Positions 9,228-19,537 are shown, numbered from the stretch's first letter. The stretch is DNA of 64,000 nt from Minisyncoccota bacterium (GCA_041661645.1 JBAZUA010000001.1:192189-256188); one strand, 5' to 3'. A program made the numbers and translations. Notes: generated by a model from the sequence alone, not told the origin.

Positions 9228-10046
9228 TTATTTCTTCAATTTATAGAAAACCTTGTTACCCGCGTCGAGCCTCATGTAGTCGAGCTTCGAGAGGAAATCT
9301 GCCTGGGTCTTGGCGATGGTGGCATCGCCCAAAATGGACGAGATGTTCGCGAGGACGCTCGACAGGTCGTCGCCCGTGTCGATGATGAGGGTTCCGCCGC
9401 CGCCCAGGATGACGGTCATGTATCCCGCCTCACCCATGACGGCCTCGCGGGGATCGACGCCCAGGGTGACGAGCTCGTGCAGGAAGAACTGTATGCCCTT
9501 GAACTCTGCAGGCGTGCCGAAGAGGCTCTTCCCGAGGGGGTCGGAAGTCGTTGAGTCCCTGTAGGCGATCATGGTCGAGTCGTCGGACGGCGAGAAGACG
9601 AAGCCGTTCTCGTCGACCGCGAAGCACTGGGAGGAGTCGCCCTCCTTGCCCGAGCAGAATCGCGCCACTTCCTGTCGCTCCTCGACGGATATGGAAAGCG
9701 CCGTCAGACCGTCCCTGCCCACGTCGACGGACTTGATGATCGGCTCGCCCAAGAGCGCGGAACTGATGGCGTTGTGGGGATAAAGGAAGTCCGCACGCCT
9801 CGAGAACACGTACATATAATTGCCATCGAGGAGGGTGTTTGCGATGCCCGTTATATACGTCTCGGAAAGGCGTTTGTTTCCCGCCACGCTCACCTCACCT
9901 ATAGTCACGAAACCCGCATGGGAGAGAAAGGCGAATCCCGTCACGACGAGGGCCACGGCAAAGAAAATCGAGAGCGATACGAGAAGAAGCCTCTTCCTCT
10001 TCTTGGCTATTATCTTCCTCTGATGGACCCTGACATTGCCGCGCAT
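9228..10046 (-). CDS. FtsQ/DivIB-like POTRA membrane protein
   Basis: Basic N-tail, single TM, V.GNKRL POTRA, C-terminal LDYMRL..GNKVFYK. Confidence 0.75.
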   Translation of the reverse strand: MRGNVRVHQRKIIAKKRKRLLLVSLSIFFAVALVVTGFAFLSHAGFVTIGEVSVAGNKRLSETYITGIANTLLDGNYMYVFSRRADFLYPHNAISSALLGEPIIKSVDVGRDGLTALSISVEERQEVARFCSGKEGDSSQCFAVDENGFVFSPSDDSTMIAYRDSTTSDPLGKSLFGTPAEFKGIQFFLHELVTLGVDPREAVMGEAGYMTVILGGGGTLIIDTGDDLSSVLANISSILGDATIAKTQADFLSKLDYMRLDAGNKVFYKLKK

Positions 10047-10054
10047 GGGCTCTA

Positions 10055-11317
10055 TTATTTGGTTATGAGATCGCTTCCGAAGTATGGCTTGAGGGCCTCA
10101 GGAACGCGGACGGACCCGTCGGCCTGCTGATTGTTCTCGATGAGGGAGACGAGGATGCGGGGCGTCGGTATGGCGGTGCAGTTCAAAGAGTGCGCATACT
10201 TCATCTTGCCCTCGGCATCGCGATAGCGGGTGTTGAAACGCCTACACTGGAAGTCATGGAAATACGATGCGGACGATATCTCGCGATACTTGCCCTCCTT
10301 GGGAACCCAGAGCTCGATGTCGTACTTCTTGACCTGACCGAGGCCGAGGTCGCCGCCGCAGTTGATGACGGTGTGATACGGAATGCCGAGGGACTCGATG
10401 AACTCCTCGGTGTTGCGATTGAGCTCGTCATGGAGCCTAACTGACGTCTCGTGCGATGCCTCGCAGAGGATGACCTGCTCGAGCTTGTAGAACTCGTGCA
10501 CGCGAATGAGTCCCTTCACGTCCTTTGAATGGCTGCCCGCCTCGCGACGGAAACATGGGGAGAAGCCGAGGTACTTCTTTGGAAGATCCTTGGCGTCGAG
10601 CACCTCCTCGGCATGCATTGCCATGAGGGGAACCTCGGCGGTTCCGGCGAGAACGTCGCCGTCCTGGGTCATGTAGAAGTCCTCGACGTCACCGGGAAGG
10701 TGCGCGGTGCCATAGAGGTTCTGCTTGCGCACGATGACGGGAGGGATGACCGGGGTGAATCCCCTCTTCGAGAAGAAGTCCATGGCATACATCCAGATGG
10801 CGAACGAGAGTCGCGCCCCAGCGCCCGTCAGATAGTATCCGCGGAAGCCATGGGCCTTGGCGCCGCGCTCGAAGTCGACCATGTTGAGGGCCGTCATGAT
10901 CTCGACGTGGTCCTTCGGCTCGAAGGCAAAGGCGGGCTTGTCGCCCCACACCTTCACCTCCCTGTTGTCCGCGTCGGTCGCGCCGTCGGGAACGGACATG
11001 TCGGGGATGTTTGGCACCTGGAGCATGAGGCCCTGCCACTCCTTCATTATCTCCTTGATCGACTCTTCCTCCGCCTGAAGCTCTACCTTGAGCTTCTTCA
11101 TGGACTCGAGCAAGGTCGCCTTCATCGCGGCATCAACCGATGGGAGCTTGGCCGAGACGGCGTTCTGCTCGGCGCGCTTGGCCTCGATGGAGGTGAGAAG
11201 GGTCTTCCTCTTCTCGTCGAGGTCAACGAGTCGGTCTATGTCGATGACGACGTGCTTCTTCTGCGCGCCGGCCTTGACGAGGTCTTTGTTGTCCCTGATG
11301 AATTTGATGTCGAGCAT
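10055..11317 (-). CDS. serS: Serine--tRNA ligase
   Basis: MLDIKFIR, GTAEVPL, CFRREAGS, RVHEFYKLEQ, YREISS. Confidence 0.98.
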   Translation of the reverse strand: MLDIKFIRDNKDLVKAGAQKKHVVIDIDRLVDLDEKRKTLLTSIEAKRAEQNAVSAKLPSVDAAMKATLLESMKKLKVELQAEEESIKEIMKEWQGLMLQVPNIPDMSVPDGATDADNREVKVWGDKPAFAFEPKDHVEIMTALNMVDFERGAKAHGFRGYYLTGAGARLSFAIWMYAMDFFSKRGFTPVIPPVIVRKQNLYGTAHLPGDVEDFYMTQDGDVLAGTAEVPLMAMHAEEVLDAKDLPKKYLGFSPCFRREAGSHSKDVKGLIRVHEFYKLEQVILCEASHETSVRLHDELNRNTEEFIESLGIPYHTVINCGGDLGLGQVKKYDIELWVPKEGKYREISSASYFHDFQCRRFNTRYRDAEGKMKYAHSLNCTAIPTPRILVSLIENNQQADGSVRVPEALKPYFGSDLITK

Positions 11318-11396
11318 GGTGTTATGGGGTATTTGAGGAATATTTCAGGAAACCTTGAGGCTCCCTAAAGCTTCCTGATGATACACTAATTTTCCC

Positions 11397-12287
11397 ATGG
11401 ATTCCATACACGACAACGATTCAGGAACGCGCGAGATAGGCCCGGGAGATTTTCCCGGACTGCTCTCGTCTATGCCAAATCCGCCAGCCTTCCTGAGGAT
11501 TCGGGGCCCTCTGCCTCCCTCGACCGCGACGCACACCTACATAACGGTCATCGGATCGCGCAAATATACGGACTATGGCAAAGAGGCCTGCGAGACGCTG
11601 GTAAAGAGCCTGGCGGGATTGCCGGTGGTGATCGTCTCGGGCCTCGCCCTCGGCATGGATTCGATAGCACACAGGGCAGCCCTTAAATACGGAATGGGGA
11701 CCATCGCCATTCCCGGCTCGGGACTCGACGAGGAGTTCCTCTATCCGGCAAGCCATGTCAATCTGGCCCGCGAGATAGTGGCCGCGGGCGGGGCGCTCAT
11801 CTCTCCGTTTCCCGATGATACGCCCGCGGCCATCTGGACCTTCCCAAAACGGAACGCCATCATGGCAGGAATATCAAAGGCGACGCTCGTCATCGAGGCC
11901 GAGATAAAGTCAGGGACGCTCATCACCTCAAAGCTCGCCACCGACTATAACCGTGACGTATTCGCCGTACCCGGCTCCATATTCTCGAAGCAAAGCGAGG
12001 GGCCGCACATGCTCATACGCCTCGGCGCGACGCCCATCAGGAACGGGGACGACCTGCGCGACGCGCTCGGCTTCCCTCCCGAACGCGCATCAACGCCGAT
12101 ACACGAACGCACCGATCTCTCACCCGAAGAACTGCGCCTCGCCACGATCATCGCCGTCGAACCCGTGTCGCGCGAAGAGCTCTTCTCCCGCTTTGGCGGC
12201 GACATAAGCGACTTCAACGCCCTGATTTCCCTTCTCGAAATAAAAGAAGTGGCGGTAGAAAAAGAAGGGCGGATTATGCCCCTCTAA
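11397..12287 (+). CDS. dprA: DNA-processing protein DprA
   Basis: IGSRK.T.YG, IVSGLALGMDS.AH, FPKRN.IMAG, EAEIKSGTLIT. Confidence 0.96.
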   Translation: MDSIHDNDSGTREIGPGDFPGLLSSMPNPPAFLRIRGPLPPSTATHTYITVIGSRKYTDYGKEACETLVKSLAGLPVVIVSGLALGMDSIAHRAALKYGMGTIAIPGSGLDEEFLYPASHVNLAREIVAAGGALISPFPDDTPAAIWTFPKRNAIMAGISKATLVIEAEIKSGTLITSKLATDYNRDVFAVPGSIFSKQSEGPHMLIRLGATPIRNGDDLRDALGFPPERASTPIHERTDLSPEELRLATIIAVEPVSREELFSRFGGDISDFNALISLLEIKEVAVEKEGRIMPL

Positions 12288-12329
12288 TTTGCCAAACTTT
12301 TTCCTTTCATGTAATACTTGCCACAATAT

Positions 12330-14645
12330 ATGTCCAAACTACTCATAGTCGAGTCCCCGGCAAAGGCCAAAACCATCGGAAAATACCTCGGTGACGGCTA
12401 TACCGTAGTCGCATCCATCGGGCACGTCCGCGACCTCCCGAAGTCCAACAAGAAGGCCATCGACATCGACCACGGCTTCAAACCGCACTACGAGGTGTCC
12501 CCCGGAAAGGACTCCGTCCTGTCCGACATATCGCGCCTCGCCAAGAAGTCCGACGAAATACTGCTCGCGACCGACCCCGACCGCGAGGGAGAGGCAATCG
12601 CTTGGCACATCGCCGAGGCGGTGAACTTCGGGAAGAAGCCCGTCCGCCGCGTCGTGTTCCACGAGATCACCAAGGACGCCATCATCGAGGCGCTCACCCA
12701 CCCCCGCGACATAGACCAGAACCTGCGCCAGGCGCAGGAGGCGCGACGCGTGCTCGACAGGCTCGTGGGATACGACCTCTCGGGCGTCATCTGGAAGAAG
12801 GTTCGCTACGGCCTCTCGGCGGGCCGCGTCCAGTCCCCCGCCCTCCGCATCATCATGGAGCGCGAGCGGGAGATTCGTGCCTTCAAACCCGAGACCTATT
12901 GGACCATCTCCGCGGAAACCAAAACTGAGAAGACTTCGGCGAAACCGAGCGAGACGCTCGCCCTCAACTGCTCCATCGAGCCTCGCGAGAAGGCCGAGGT
13001 GGATCGCATACTCAAGACGGGCAAGGCCGAAGAGTGGGAGGTCGTATCGGTTGACGAGACCGAGGCCAAACGCAGCCCGAAGGCCCCCTTCACCACCTCG
13101 ACCCTTCAGCAGGCGGCCTCGACCCGCCTCGGCTATTCCCCATCGCGCACCATGTCCGTCGCCCAGAGACTCTACGAGGCGGGACTCATCAGCTACATGC
13201 GAACCGACTCGACCAACCTCTCGCAGCAGGCCATCGGGCAAATCGCCTCATATATAGAGAAGGAATACGGCAAGGCATCGGTCAACCTCCGCACCTTTAC
13301 CGCAAAATCAAAGAACGCCCAGGAAGCCCACGAGGCAGTCAGGCCAACGACCATATCCAAAAAGAGCGCGGGAGCGAATCCCGAGCAGGTCGCCCTTTAC
13401 GGGCTCATCTGGGCCCGCACCGTCGCGTCGCAGATGGTCGACGCCCGCATACTCCGCACCAAGATAGTGGCGAACACCGTCACCAAGAGCATTCCCGACT
13501 TCCATGCCAACGGCACCAGGCTCGTATCGACGGGCTGGCTCGCCGTGGACCCCGGCGCCCGAGGCGAGGACGTCGAGCTCCCAAAGGTCACCGCCGGAGA
13601 GAAGCTCGAACTCGTATCCCTCGACTCCCTCGAGAAGCAGACCGAGCCGCCTGGCCGATATTCCGAGGCGGGACTCATCAAGGAACTCGAGAAGCGCGGC
13701 ATCGGACGGCCCTCCACCTACGCCTCGATCCTTCGCACCCTCGAGGAGCGCGAGTACGTCACCAAGGAGAACAAGGCCCTCAAGCCGACCGACACGGGCG
13801 ACGTGGTGTCGTCATTCCTCGAGGAGCATTTCGGCCCGTACATAAGCGACACCTTCACCGCCGAGATGGAGGACAAGCTCGACAAGATCGCCGAGGGGCT
13901 GATGGGCTACGAGAAGACCCTCTCCGATTTCTACAAGCCGTTTTCGAAGGACGTGAAGATAAAGGACGCGCTCGACAAGGCCACAACCCTTGGCGATGCC
14001 GATGCAAAGTTCAAATGCCCCACCTGCGGATCATCCATGATTGTGAAGCTCGGGCGGGCCGGCAAGTTCCTATCGTGCTCCCGCTACCCTGACTGCGCCG
14101 GCGCGCTCATGCTCGACGGCACCGAGGTCCCGAAGGACCGCATTGTCGGCACGCATCCGGACACAGGTCTCGACATCACCGTAAAGTCCGGACGCTTCGG
14201 CCCGTACGTGCAGATGGGAGAAACGATCAAGGCCCCTAAAAAGCCCCGCAAGAAGAAGCCTACTAAAAAAGAGCTGGCTAAACTCGCAGCCGACCTTGCA
14301 GCGGGCATTGCCCCAGCCGCCGCCTCGACCAGCGCGGAACCAGAGATCGTCGGTCAGAAGGCAAAGATGGCATCCATTCCAAAGGAGATCGACCCGACCT
14401 CAATCACCCTCGCCCAGGCCGTTCACCTGCTCACCCTTCCCCGACGCCTCGGCACCCATCCCGTGACGGAAAAAGTAATCACCGCGAACATCGGACGCTT
14501 CGGACCCTACATAGTCCATGACGGAGACTTCCGCTCGGTCAAGAAGCCTGACGATGTGTATACCATCAGCCTCGGGCGCGCGCTCGACATGCTCAAGGAG
14601 GAAAAGAAGAAGCGTGGATGGAGGGCGAAGAAGAAAGCGGAATAA
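12330..14645 (+). CDS. topA: DNA topoisomerase I
   Basis: IVESPAKAKTI, ATDPDREGEAI, SAGRVQS, YMRTDS, GIGRPSTY, Zn ribbon, C-terminal GRFGPY repeats. Confidence 0.98.
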   Translation: MSKLLIVESPAKAKTIGKYLGDGYTVVASIGHVRDLPKSNKKAIDIDHGFKPHYEVSPGKDSVLSDISRLAKKSDEILLATDPDREGEAIAWHIAEAVNFGKKPVRRVVFHEITKDAIIEALTHPRDIDQNLRQAQEARRVLDRLVGYDLSGVIWKKVRYGLSAGRVQSPALRIIMEREREIRAFKPETYWTISAETKTEKTSAKPSETLALNCSIEPREKAEVDRILKTGKAEEWEVVSVDETEAKRSPKAPFTTSTLQQAASTRLGYSPSRTMSVAQRLYEAGLISYMRTDSTNLSQQAIGQIASYIEKEYGKASVNLRTFTAKSKNAQEAHEAVRPTTISKKSAGANPEQVALYGLIWARTVASQMVDARILRTKIVANTVTKSIPDFHANGTRLVSTGWLAVDPGARGEDVELPKVTAGEKLELVSLDSLEKQTEPPGRYSEAGLIKELEKRGIGRPSTYASILRTLEEREYVTKENKALKPTDTGDVVSSFLEEHFGPYISDTFTAEMEDKLDKIAEGLMGYEKTLSDFYKPFSKDVKIKDALDKATTLGDADAKFKCPTCGSSMIVKLGRAGKFLSCSRYPDCAGALMLDGTEVPKDRIVGTHPDTGLDITVKSGRFGPYVQMGETIKAPKKPRKKKPTKKELAKLAADLAAGIAPAAASTSAEPEIVGQKAKMASIPKEIDPTSITLAQAVHLLTLPRRLGTHPVTEKVITANIGRFGPYIVHDGDFRSVKKPDDVYTISLGRALDMLKEEKKKRGWRAKKKAE

Positions 14646-14647
14646 GG

Positions 14648-14687
14648 CCACGAAAAACACCTCAATCGATTGAGGTGTTTTTCGTGG
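14648..14687. terminator. Perfect 40-bp palindrome after topA (CCTCAATCGATTGAGG family, copy 2)
   Basis: CCACGAAAAACACCTCAATC|GATTGAGGTGTTTTTCGTGG. Confidence 0.8.
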
Positions 14688-14724
14688 ACAGATACGGACA
14701 GACATTCAGACGAAATCATACTTA

Positions 14725-14753
14725 TTGACAATAACCATATTTAGGTGTATAAG
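14725..14753 (+). promoter_or_regulatory. sigma70-type promoter
   Basis: TTGACA-N17-TATAAG, 9 nt before ATG 14763. Confidence 0.7.
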
Positions 14754-14762
14754 CTATGACGA

Positions 14763-15068
14763 ATGCCCTCCTACAAAAAGCCATCTGATTCTAAAATAGT
14801 AGTCCGAGCCCTCCCGAAACCGTTTGCAGACGCGAACGGTTTCCAGGAATGGCTCCGCCAGCAGAAAGCGAACATCGCGCCGCGAAACCGCATTCCGGGA
14901 GCATGGCTCGACCAGCTCCCGAAGCTCGGACACGGCATCATCGTCCGCTGGGCGGACCACAAGCCGCTGCCGGTCCGTCTGGCGGGAGAACGAGTGTGGT
15001 TCAAGCCGTTCAAAAGCGGCCTTCCCCAGGGTCAGATGATAGCGCTTGAAATACCTCGTGCCGCCTGA
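14763..15068 (+). CDS. Hypothetical protein, paralogue A of a tandem triplet
   Basis: Own promoter and terminator; WL..Q, GHGIIV, LPQGQ motifs shared with its neighbours. Confidence 0.65.
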   Translation: MPSYKKPSDSKIVVRALPKPFADANGFQEWLRQQKANIAPRNRIPGAWLDQLPKLGHGIIVRWADHKPLPVRLAGERVWFKPFKSGLPQGQMIALEIPRAA

Positions 15069-15164
15069 TCGGCCCTGGTCAGTGCCAGCATAAAGGGCGC
15101 GTTCCAAGGAACGCGCCCTTTCTTCTTGACTACGAGCGAGCTTGATGCAATATAGACACAAACC

Positions 15165-15524
15165 ATGAACTTTGTATCCATAAAGACGACACCCATCAAC
15201 CTGCGCGACGTCGGGCGACTCGAGACATGGCTTCGAATGCAGAATCTGGAGGTGGCCCTCGATCAGGACATGCCCGAGGACTGGAAAGGCATCCTCGAGA
15301 TGAAGCACGGCTGCATAGTCAGGCGCATCATCTATGGGGAGCCGACAAAGCGCCAGAAATCAGTCGGATTTGAGCTGGTCCCGGGAGACATCATCCTCGG
15401 AACGATATCTCGGGAGGGCTATGTGCCCCTGATTTCCAATCACGAAATCCTCATACCCGAGGGACAGCTCGTGCTCGTCAAAAAGAGACGTCGAATCCCG
15501 AAGATTAACAAAGCCACCCCATAA
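15165..15524 (+). CDS. Hypothetical protein, paralogue B
   Basis: WLRMQ, KHGCIV, IPEGQ motifs. Confidence 0.7.
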   Translation: MNFVSIKTTPINLRDVGRLETWLRMQNLEVALDQDMPEDWKGILEMKHGCIVRRIIYGEPTKRQKSVGFELVPGDIILGTISREGYVPLISNHEILIPEGQLVLVKKRRRIPKINKATP

Positions 15525-15565
15525 GGGCGGCTTTTTCTTGACTAAGAAACTTTTTCGGGCAATAT

Positions 15566-15922
15566 GTGACACAAATGATCATCACACGAACCTTGTCCAT
15601 CATCGTCAAAACGCCGCAGGAACTCGAGAAGTGGCTCGACGAGCAATCCTTCGAGGGCAAACCCCTCAGACTCGCCACCAATCATGATGTCCCCGCAGAC
15701 CAGTATCACGAACTGATATCGAAAGGCAGGGGCATAATCGCCAATTTCATACCGATGAGCCACGGCGGCGGGCCGCGAAATCCGTCCCTGCCGCTCGGCT
15801 TCGAGCCTGTTGCGGGGAAAGCAAGGTTGAGCCTCATCAGCATCGGGACGGCCGTTCCCCTGCTGTTCGAGGTCTGGGGACCGCTCACCGAGGAGCAGGC
15901 GGTTGTCCTCATCGGCACATAG
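15566..15922 (+). CDS. Hypothetical protein, paralogue C
   Basis: WLDEQ, GRGIIA, LTEEQ motifs; start may be ATG 15575. Confidence 0.65.
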   Translation: MTQMIITRTLSIIVKTPQELEKWLDEQSFEGKPLRLATNHDVPADQYHELISKGRGIIANFIPMSHGGGPRNPSLPLGFEPVAGKARLSLISIGTAVPLLFEVWGPLTEEQAVVLIGT

Positions 15923-16000
15923 CCCAATCCGGCACTTAGGAAAAAGCAAAGCCGCCCCACATCTGGGACGGCTTTTTTATATGCAACGGGCCTAACGGCT

Positions 16001-17026
16001 CTAGAGGGAAAAATTGTTTATCGAATACAGCCCCTCCTCGTTCTCACCCTCCTTTTTCTCCTCGACGGAACGATCGTCCGCGGGAGCAAGAGGCTCTTCA
16101 ACCGCTGGTTCGCCGGCCGCGACGACGTCAGACGCAACGACCGCGGCGGCAAGTGACGATACCTCGGGCTTCGCCACGGACGCGCCTCCCCTGTTCGTCT
16201 CCATGATGTTCATGATGGCCTTCAGGTCCTCGGGCGAGAAGAAGTCGATGGTGATCTTGCCCCCCTTCAATTTCTGCTCGATGGACACGCGCGTGCCGAA
16301 AGTCTCGGAGAGCTTCTGCTCGATCTCGATGATCTCGGGATCGAATGTCCTCTCCTTCTTGCGGGCCTTCTCGACGGCGATCTTGCGCGCGATCATCTCG
16401 GCCTCGCGGACGGTGAGGCGCTTGAAGATGATCTCCTTGAAGAGGGTTGACTGCTCCTCGGGACGATCGACGAGCATCATGAGCGGTCGGGCGTGGCCCT
16501 CGGATATCTTGCCCTGGGAGAGGGCCTCGAGTATGTCGGCGGGAAGCATCAGAATGCGAATCGAGTTCGAGACGTACTCGCGGGACTTGCCTATCTTTGC
16601 GGCGACTTGGACGTGCTTGAGACCAAACTCGGTGACGAGCTGCTGGAACGAGCGGGCGCGCTCGACGGGATTCAAATCCTCGCGTTGTAAGTTCTCGATG
16701 ATGGCAAGCTCGAGCTTGACCCGGGCGTCGTCGGTGTTGGCGCGGATGATGGCGGGAACCTGCTGGAGGCCGAGGAGCTTGGAGGCGCGGAGGCGTCGCT
16801 CACCGGAGATGAGCTCATACTCGACGGCAAGGCCGCCGTCCTCCTTCTGCTTTTCCGTGCGCGTCACGACGAGCGGCTGGAGCAATCCATACATGCGAAT
16901 CGATTCGGCGAGGGACGCGAGGGCGGCCTGATCAAACTCCCTGCGTGGCTGATAGGGGTTCGGGCTTATCTTGCTCGTCTCTATCCAGAATATGGAGTCG
17001 CCGGAGAACTGTGAGGGTTGTGACAT
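16001..17026 (-). CDS. parB: ParB/Spo0J partition protein
   Basis: PNPYQPR, GLLQPLVV, ISGERRLRA, IENLQREDLNPVE, HTH. Confidence 0.96.
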   Translation of the reverse strand: MSQPSQFSGDSIFWIETSKISPNPYQPRREFDQAALASLAESIRMYGLLQPLVVTRTEKQKEDGGLAVEYELISGERRLRASKLLGLQQVPAIIRANTDDARVKLELAIIENLQREDLNPVERARSFQQLVTEFGLKHVQVAAKIGKSREYVSNSIRILMLPADILEALSQGKISEGHARPLMMLVDRPEEQSTLFKEIIFKRLTVREAEMIARKIAVEKARKKERTFDPEIIEIEQKLSETFGTRVSIEQKLKGGKITIDFFSPEDLKAIMNIMETNRGGASVAKPEVSSLAAAVVASDVVAAGEPAVEEPLAPADDRSVEEKKEGENEEGLYSINNFSL

Positions 17027-17141
17027 GTGTTGGTGGGTTATGCGCTGATTTTATCACACTCCCCGCCCCGCAAAAAATACCGCGCCCCTTAATTGAGAAA
17101 AAGGCAATTCTGGTGTAAGTTGGTGGGGCGCGGAACTCATT

Positions 17142-17224
17142 GCCGGAGTGGCGGAACTGGTCAGACGCGCACGACTCAAAATCGTGTATCGAAAGGTGTG
17201 TGGGTTCGACTCCCACCTCCGGCA
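17142..17224 (+). tRNA. tRNA-Leu(CAA)
   Basis: GCCGGAG/CTCCGGC, loop CTCAAAA, long variable arm. Confidence 0.95.
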
Positions 17225-17266
17225 CAAAAAAGGCCCGTCTTCAGACGGGCCGATAAAAAAGAAACT

Positions 17267-17506
17267 TCACTGAACTCCCGGAGGACCATCGCCCCACTCC
17301 TTGAGCGCCTCAGCGTGAGCCGCCTCGAGCATCCTAATCAAATCAGGCATTCCGTTGACGCGCTTGAGGTCGATGCTTTCTTTAAGTCGCGCCCCGATGG
17401 CACGGACCTCCTCAACCCTTCCAACGCTTTTCTTTGACACCAGGACGAAAAAGGACGCCTTCCTGTGAGCAGGATCGGTTCTCTTGAACTCAACTTGAGA
17501 TAGCAT
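17267..17506 (-). CDS. Hypothetical protein
   Basis: 79-aa ORF with AGGAG RBS filling the gap after the tRNA. Confidence 0.5.
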   Translation of the reverse strand: MLSQVEFKRTDPAHRKASFFVLVSKKSVGRVEEVRAIGARLKESIDLKRVNGMPDLIRMLEAAHAEALKEWGDGPPGVQ

Positions 17507-17574
17507 ACTAAGGTTCTCCTAAATAGCGGGTTATGGTTGCAAATCCCTTTCAGTCCTGATATTACTGGGTTCTC

Positions 17575-18504
17575 ATGAAAAGGCAAACGCCGAAAACCCT
17601 CCCCAAGATAATCGTCGTCCTCGGCCCCACCGCAACGGGCAAGAGCGACCTTGCCGTCCATCTCGCACTAAAATTCAACGGCGAGATCATTTCCGCCGAC
17701 TCGAGGCAGGTATACAGGGGCATGGACATCGGCTCAGGCAAGATAACCGAGACAGAGACGAAAGGTGTCCCCCATCACCTGCTCGACGTCGCCGACCCGC
17801 GCAAGAGGGTCTATAACGCGGACGAGTTTCGTAAGGATGGCGCCGCGGCTATCACCGACATACTGTCACGCGGGAGGCTCCCCATCATCGCGGGCGGCAC
17901 GGGCTTCTACATCGACGCGCTTGTCTCGGGCGAGGTGTTTCCCGAGGTCGCTCCCGACCAAAAGCTCCGTGACAGGCTCGCAAAGAAATCGGCGACGGCT
18001 CTCATGAAGGAAATCTCAAGGCTGGACCCTCGCCGTGCCAGGGCCCTCGATCCCCTGAACAAGGTCCGAATCATACGCGCCATCGAGATCGCCCGCACAC
18101 TGGGTTCCGTGCCCAAGGTTAAGTCACGAAAGCTCTACGAAACCCTCTACATCGGCCTCAACCTGCCGACGGAACGACTTCGCGAGAGGATACACCTTCG
18201 CCTGATGAAGAGAATGGAGGGAGGCAAGATGGTCCGCGAGATATCGCGCTTGCGCACGAGCGGCATGACCTGGAAGCGCCTCTTCGCGCTCGGCCTCGAA
18301 TACCGATACCTGTCACTCTATCTCCGAAAGAGGCTTTCAAAGGAAGAGATGCTCCTGGAACTCGAGAAAGAGATAGCCCAGTACGCCCGAAGGCAGATGC
18401 AATGGTTCAAGAGGAACGAGAACGTCACATGGCTCTCGCCGGGAGAGAACGCGAAAGCAGCCCAGAAGGCGAGAAAGTTCCTCTCGACCGACAAATCTTT
18501 ATAA
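17575..18504 (+). CDS. miaA: tRNA dimethylallyltransferase
   Basis: GPTATGKS, ISADSRQVY.GMDIG, GGTGFY, YARRQ.QWF. Confidence 0.97.
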   Translation: MKRQTPKTLPKIIVVLGPTATGKSDLAVHLALKFNGEIISADSRQVYRGMDIGSGKITETETKGVPHHLLDVADPRKRVYNADEFRKDGAAAITDILSRGRLPIIAGGTGFYIDALVSGEVFPEVAPDQKLRDRLAKKSATALMKEISRLDPRRARALDPLNKVRIIRAIEIARTLGSVPKVKSRKLYETLYIGLNLPTERLRERIHLRLMKRMEGGKMVREISRLRTSGMTWKRLFALGLEYRYLSLYLRKRLSKEEMLLELEKEIAQYARRQMQWFKRNENVTWLSPGENAKAAQKARKFLSTDKSL

Positions 18505-18565
18505 AGAATTTATCCATTCTTTCCCATTCGTGTGAGAAACTAGTGCAATCTCGACGAAACAGAAG

Positions 18566-19537
18566 ATGGAAGATTTCCGACCACACAAAAAGCCTCGGCC
18601 GTGTTCCTCGGCGCTCCAGGGACATTGGTGCGAACACGCAATCAAGCTCGTCCTTGTGGGTTCAATCATCATGCTCGCCTCGACCGACAGGCTCGTGTGC
18701 TGGAAACTAGCCACCGTGACGGCACTGGGCCTCTGGCTCCTGAGCAAGCATCTCGCTCGCAAAAACAAGGGACGGCAGGAAAAGGCGAAACTCGAGCAGA
18801 TGACCCAGCTTTCCAGGTTCGCGGAGCTCGGACGCATGTCCACGGGTTTGTTCCATGACCTCATCAGCCCGCTTTCCGCAATCAGCCTGACTCTTCAAGA
18901 AATAGAAACGAGCACGCACCCAGACATCGACGGCGTCAGGGAAAGGCTCGAAAGGTCTGTCATGGCAAGCAGGCGCATGGACCGTTTCATAACGTCAATA
19001 CGACAGAGGATACGATCGGACGAATTCAGGGAGGTGTTCCCGGCCAATACCATGATCGACAATACGGTTGGTCTCTTTCAGTACAAGGCCTCTAGGGAGG
19101 GTGTTGAATTGCGCGTCACCGCCAAACAGGACCTGAGCATATTCGGGAACGCCACGAAATTCTGCCAAGTGACGTCAAACCTCATATCGAACGCCATCGA
19201 TGCCTATGCAGGCGTCGAGAAAGACGAGAAAAGGGAAAGATATGTGTCGGTATCGCTCTCGCGGCGCAAAGGTAAAGCCATCATGGTCGTCGAAGACCAA
19301 GGGTCTGGCATAGAGCCAAGCGTGATGCCTCGGATATTTGAGCCATTCTTCACGACCAAGTCCCGAGAGACGGGGACAGGACTGGGACTCTGGATCACCA
19401 AGGAGATAGTCGAGGGCGAGTTCGGCGGGTCCATACGGGTAAAGAGCAGACCTGGATCGGGGACACGATTCGAGGTGATCATACGGAGGGAGAAGCCTGG
19501 AACTCAGACGGACTCCTCGACGAGCACCGTCTTGTGA
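18566..19537 (+). CDS. Sensor histidine kinase
   Basis: FHDLISPL H-box, NLISNAIDA, DQGSGI, FEPFFTTK, GTGLGL. Confidence 0.92.
   Translation: MEDFRPHKKPRPCSSALQGHWCEHAIKLVLVGSIIMLASTDRLVCWKLATVTALGLWLLSKHLARKNKGRQEKAKLEQMTQLSRFAELGRMSTGLFHDLISPLSAISLTLQEIETSTHPDIDGVRERLERSVMASRRMDRFITSIRQRIRSDEFREVFPANTMIDNTVGLFQYKASREGVELRVTAKQDLSIFGNATKFCQVTSNLISNAIDAYAGVEKDEKRERYVSVSLSRRKGKAIMVVEDQGSGIEPSVMPRIFEPFFTTKSRETGTGLGLWITKEIVEGEFGGSIRVKSRPGSGTRFEVIIRREKPGTQTDSSTSTVL

Noticed and set aside
15980-17140. parS site or replication origin near parB
   Set aside because: No TGTTTCACGTGAAACA-like palindrome or DnaA-box cluster seen, and no parA adjacent
17534-17560. T-arm-like GGTTGCAAATCCC after tRNA-Leu(CAA) as another att remnant
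   Set aside because: Too short, with no acceptor-stem similarity; could be chance
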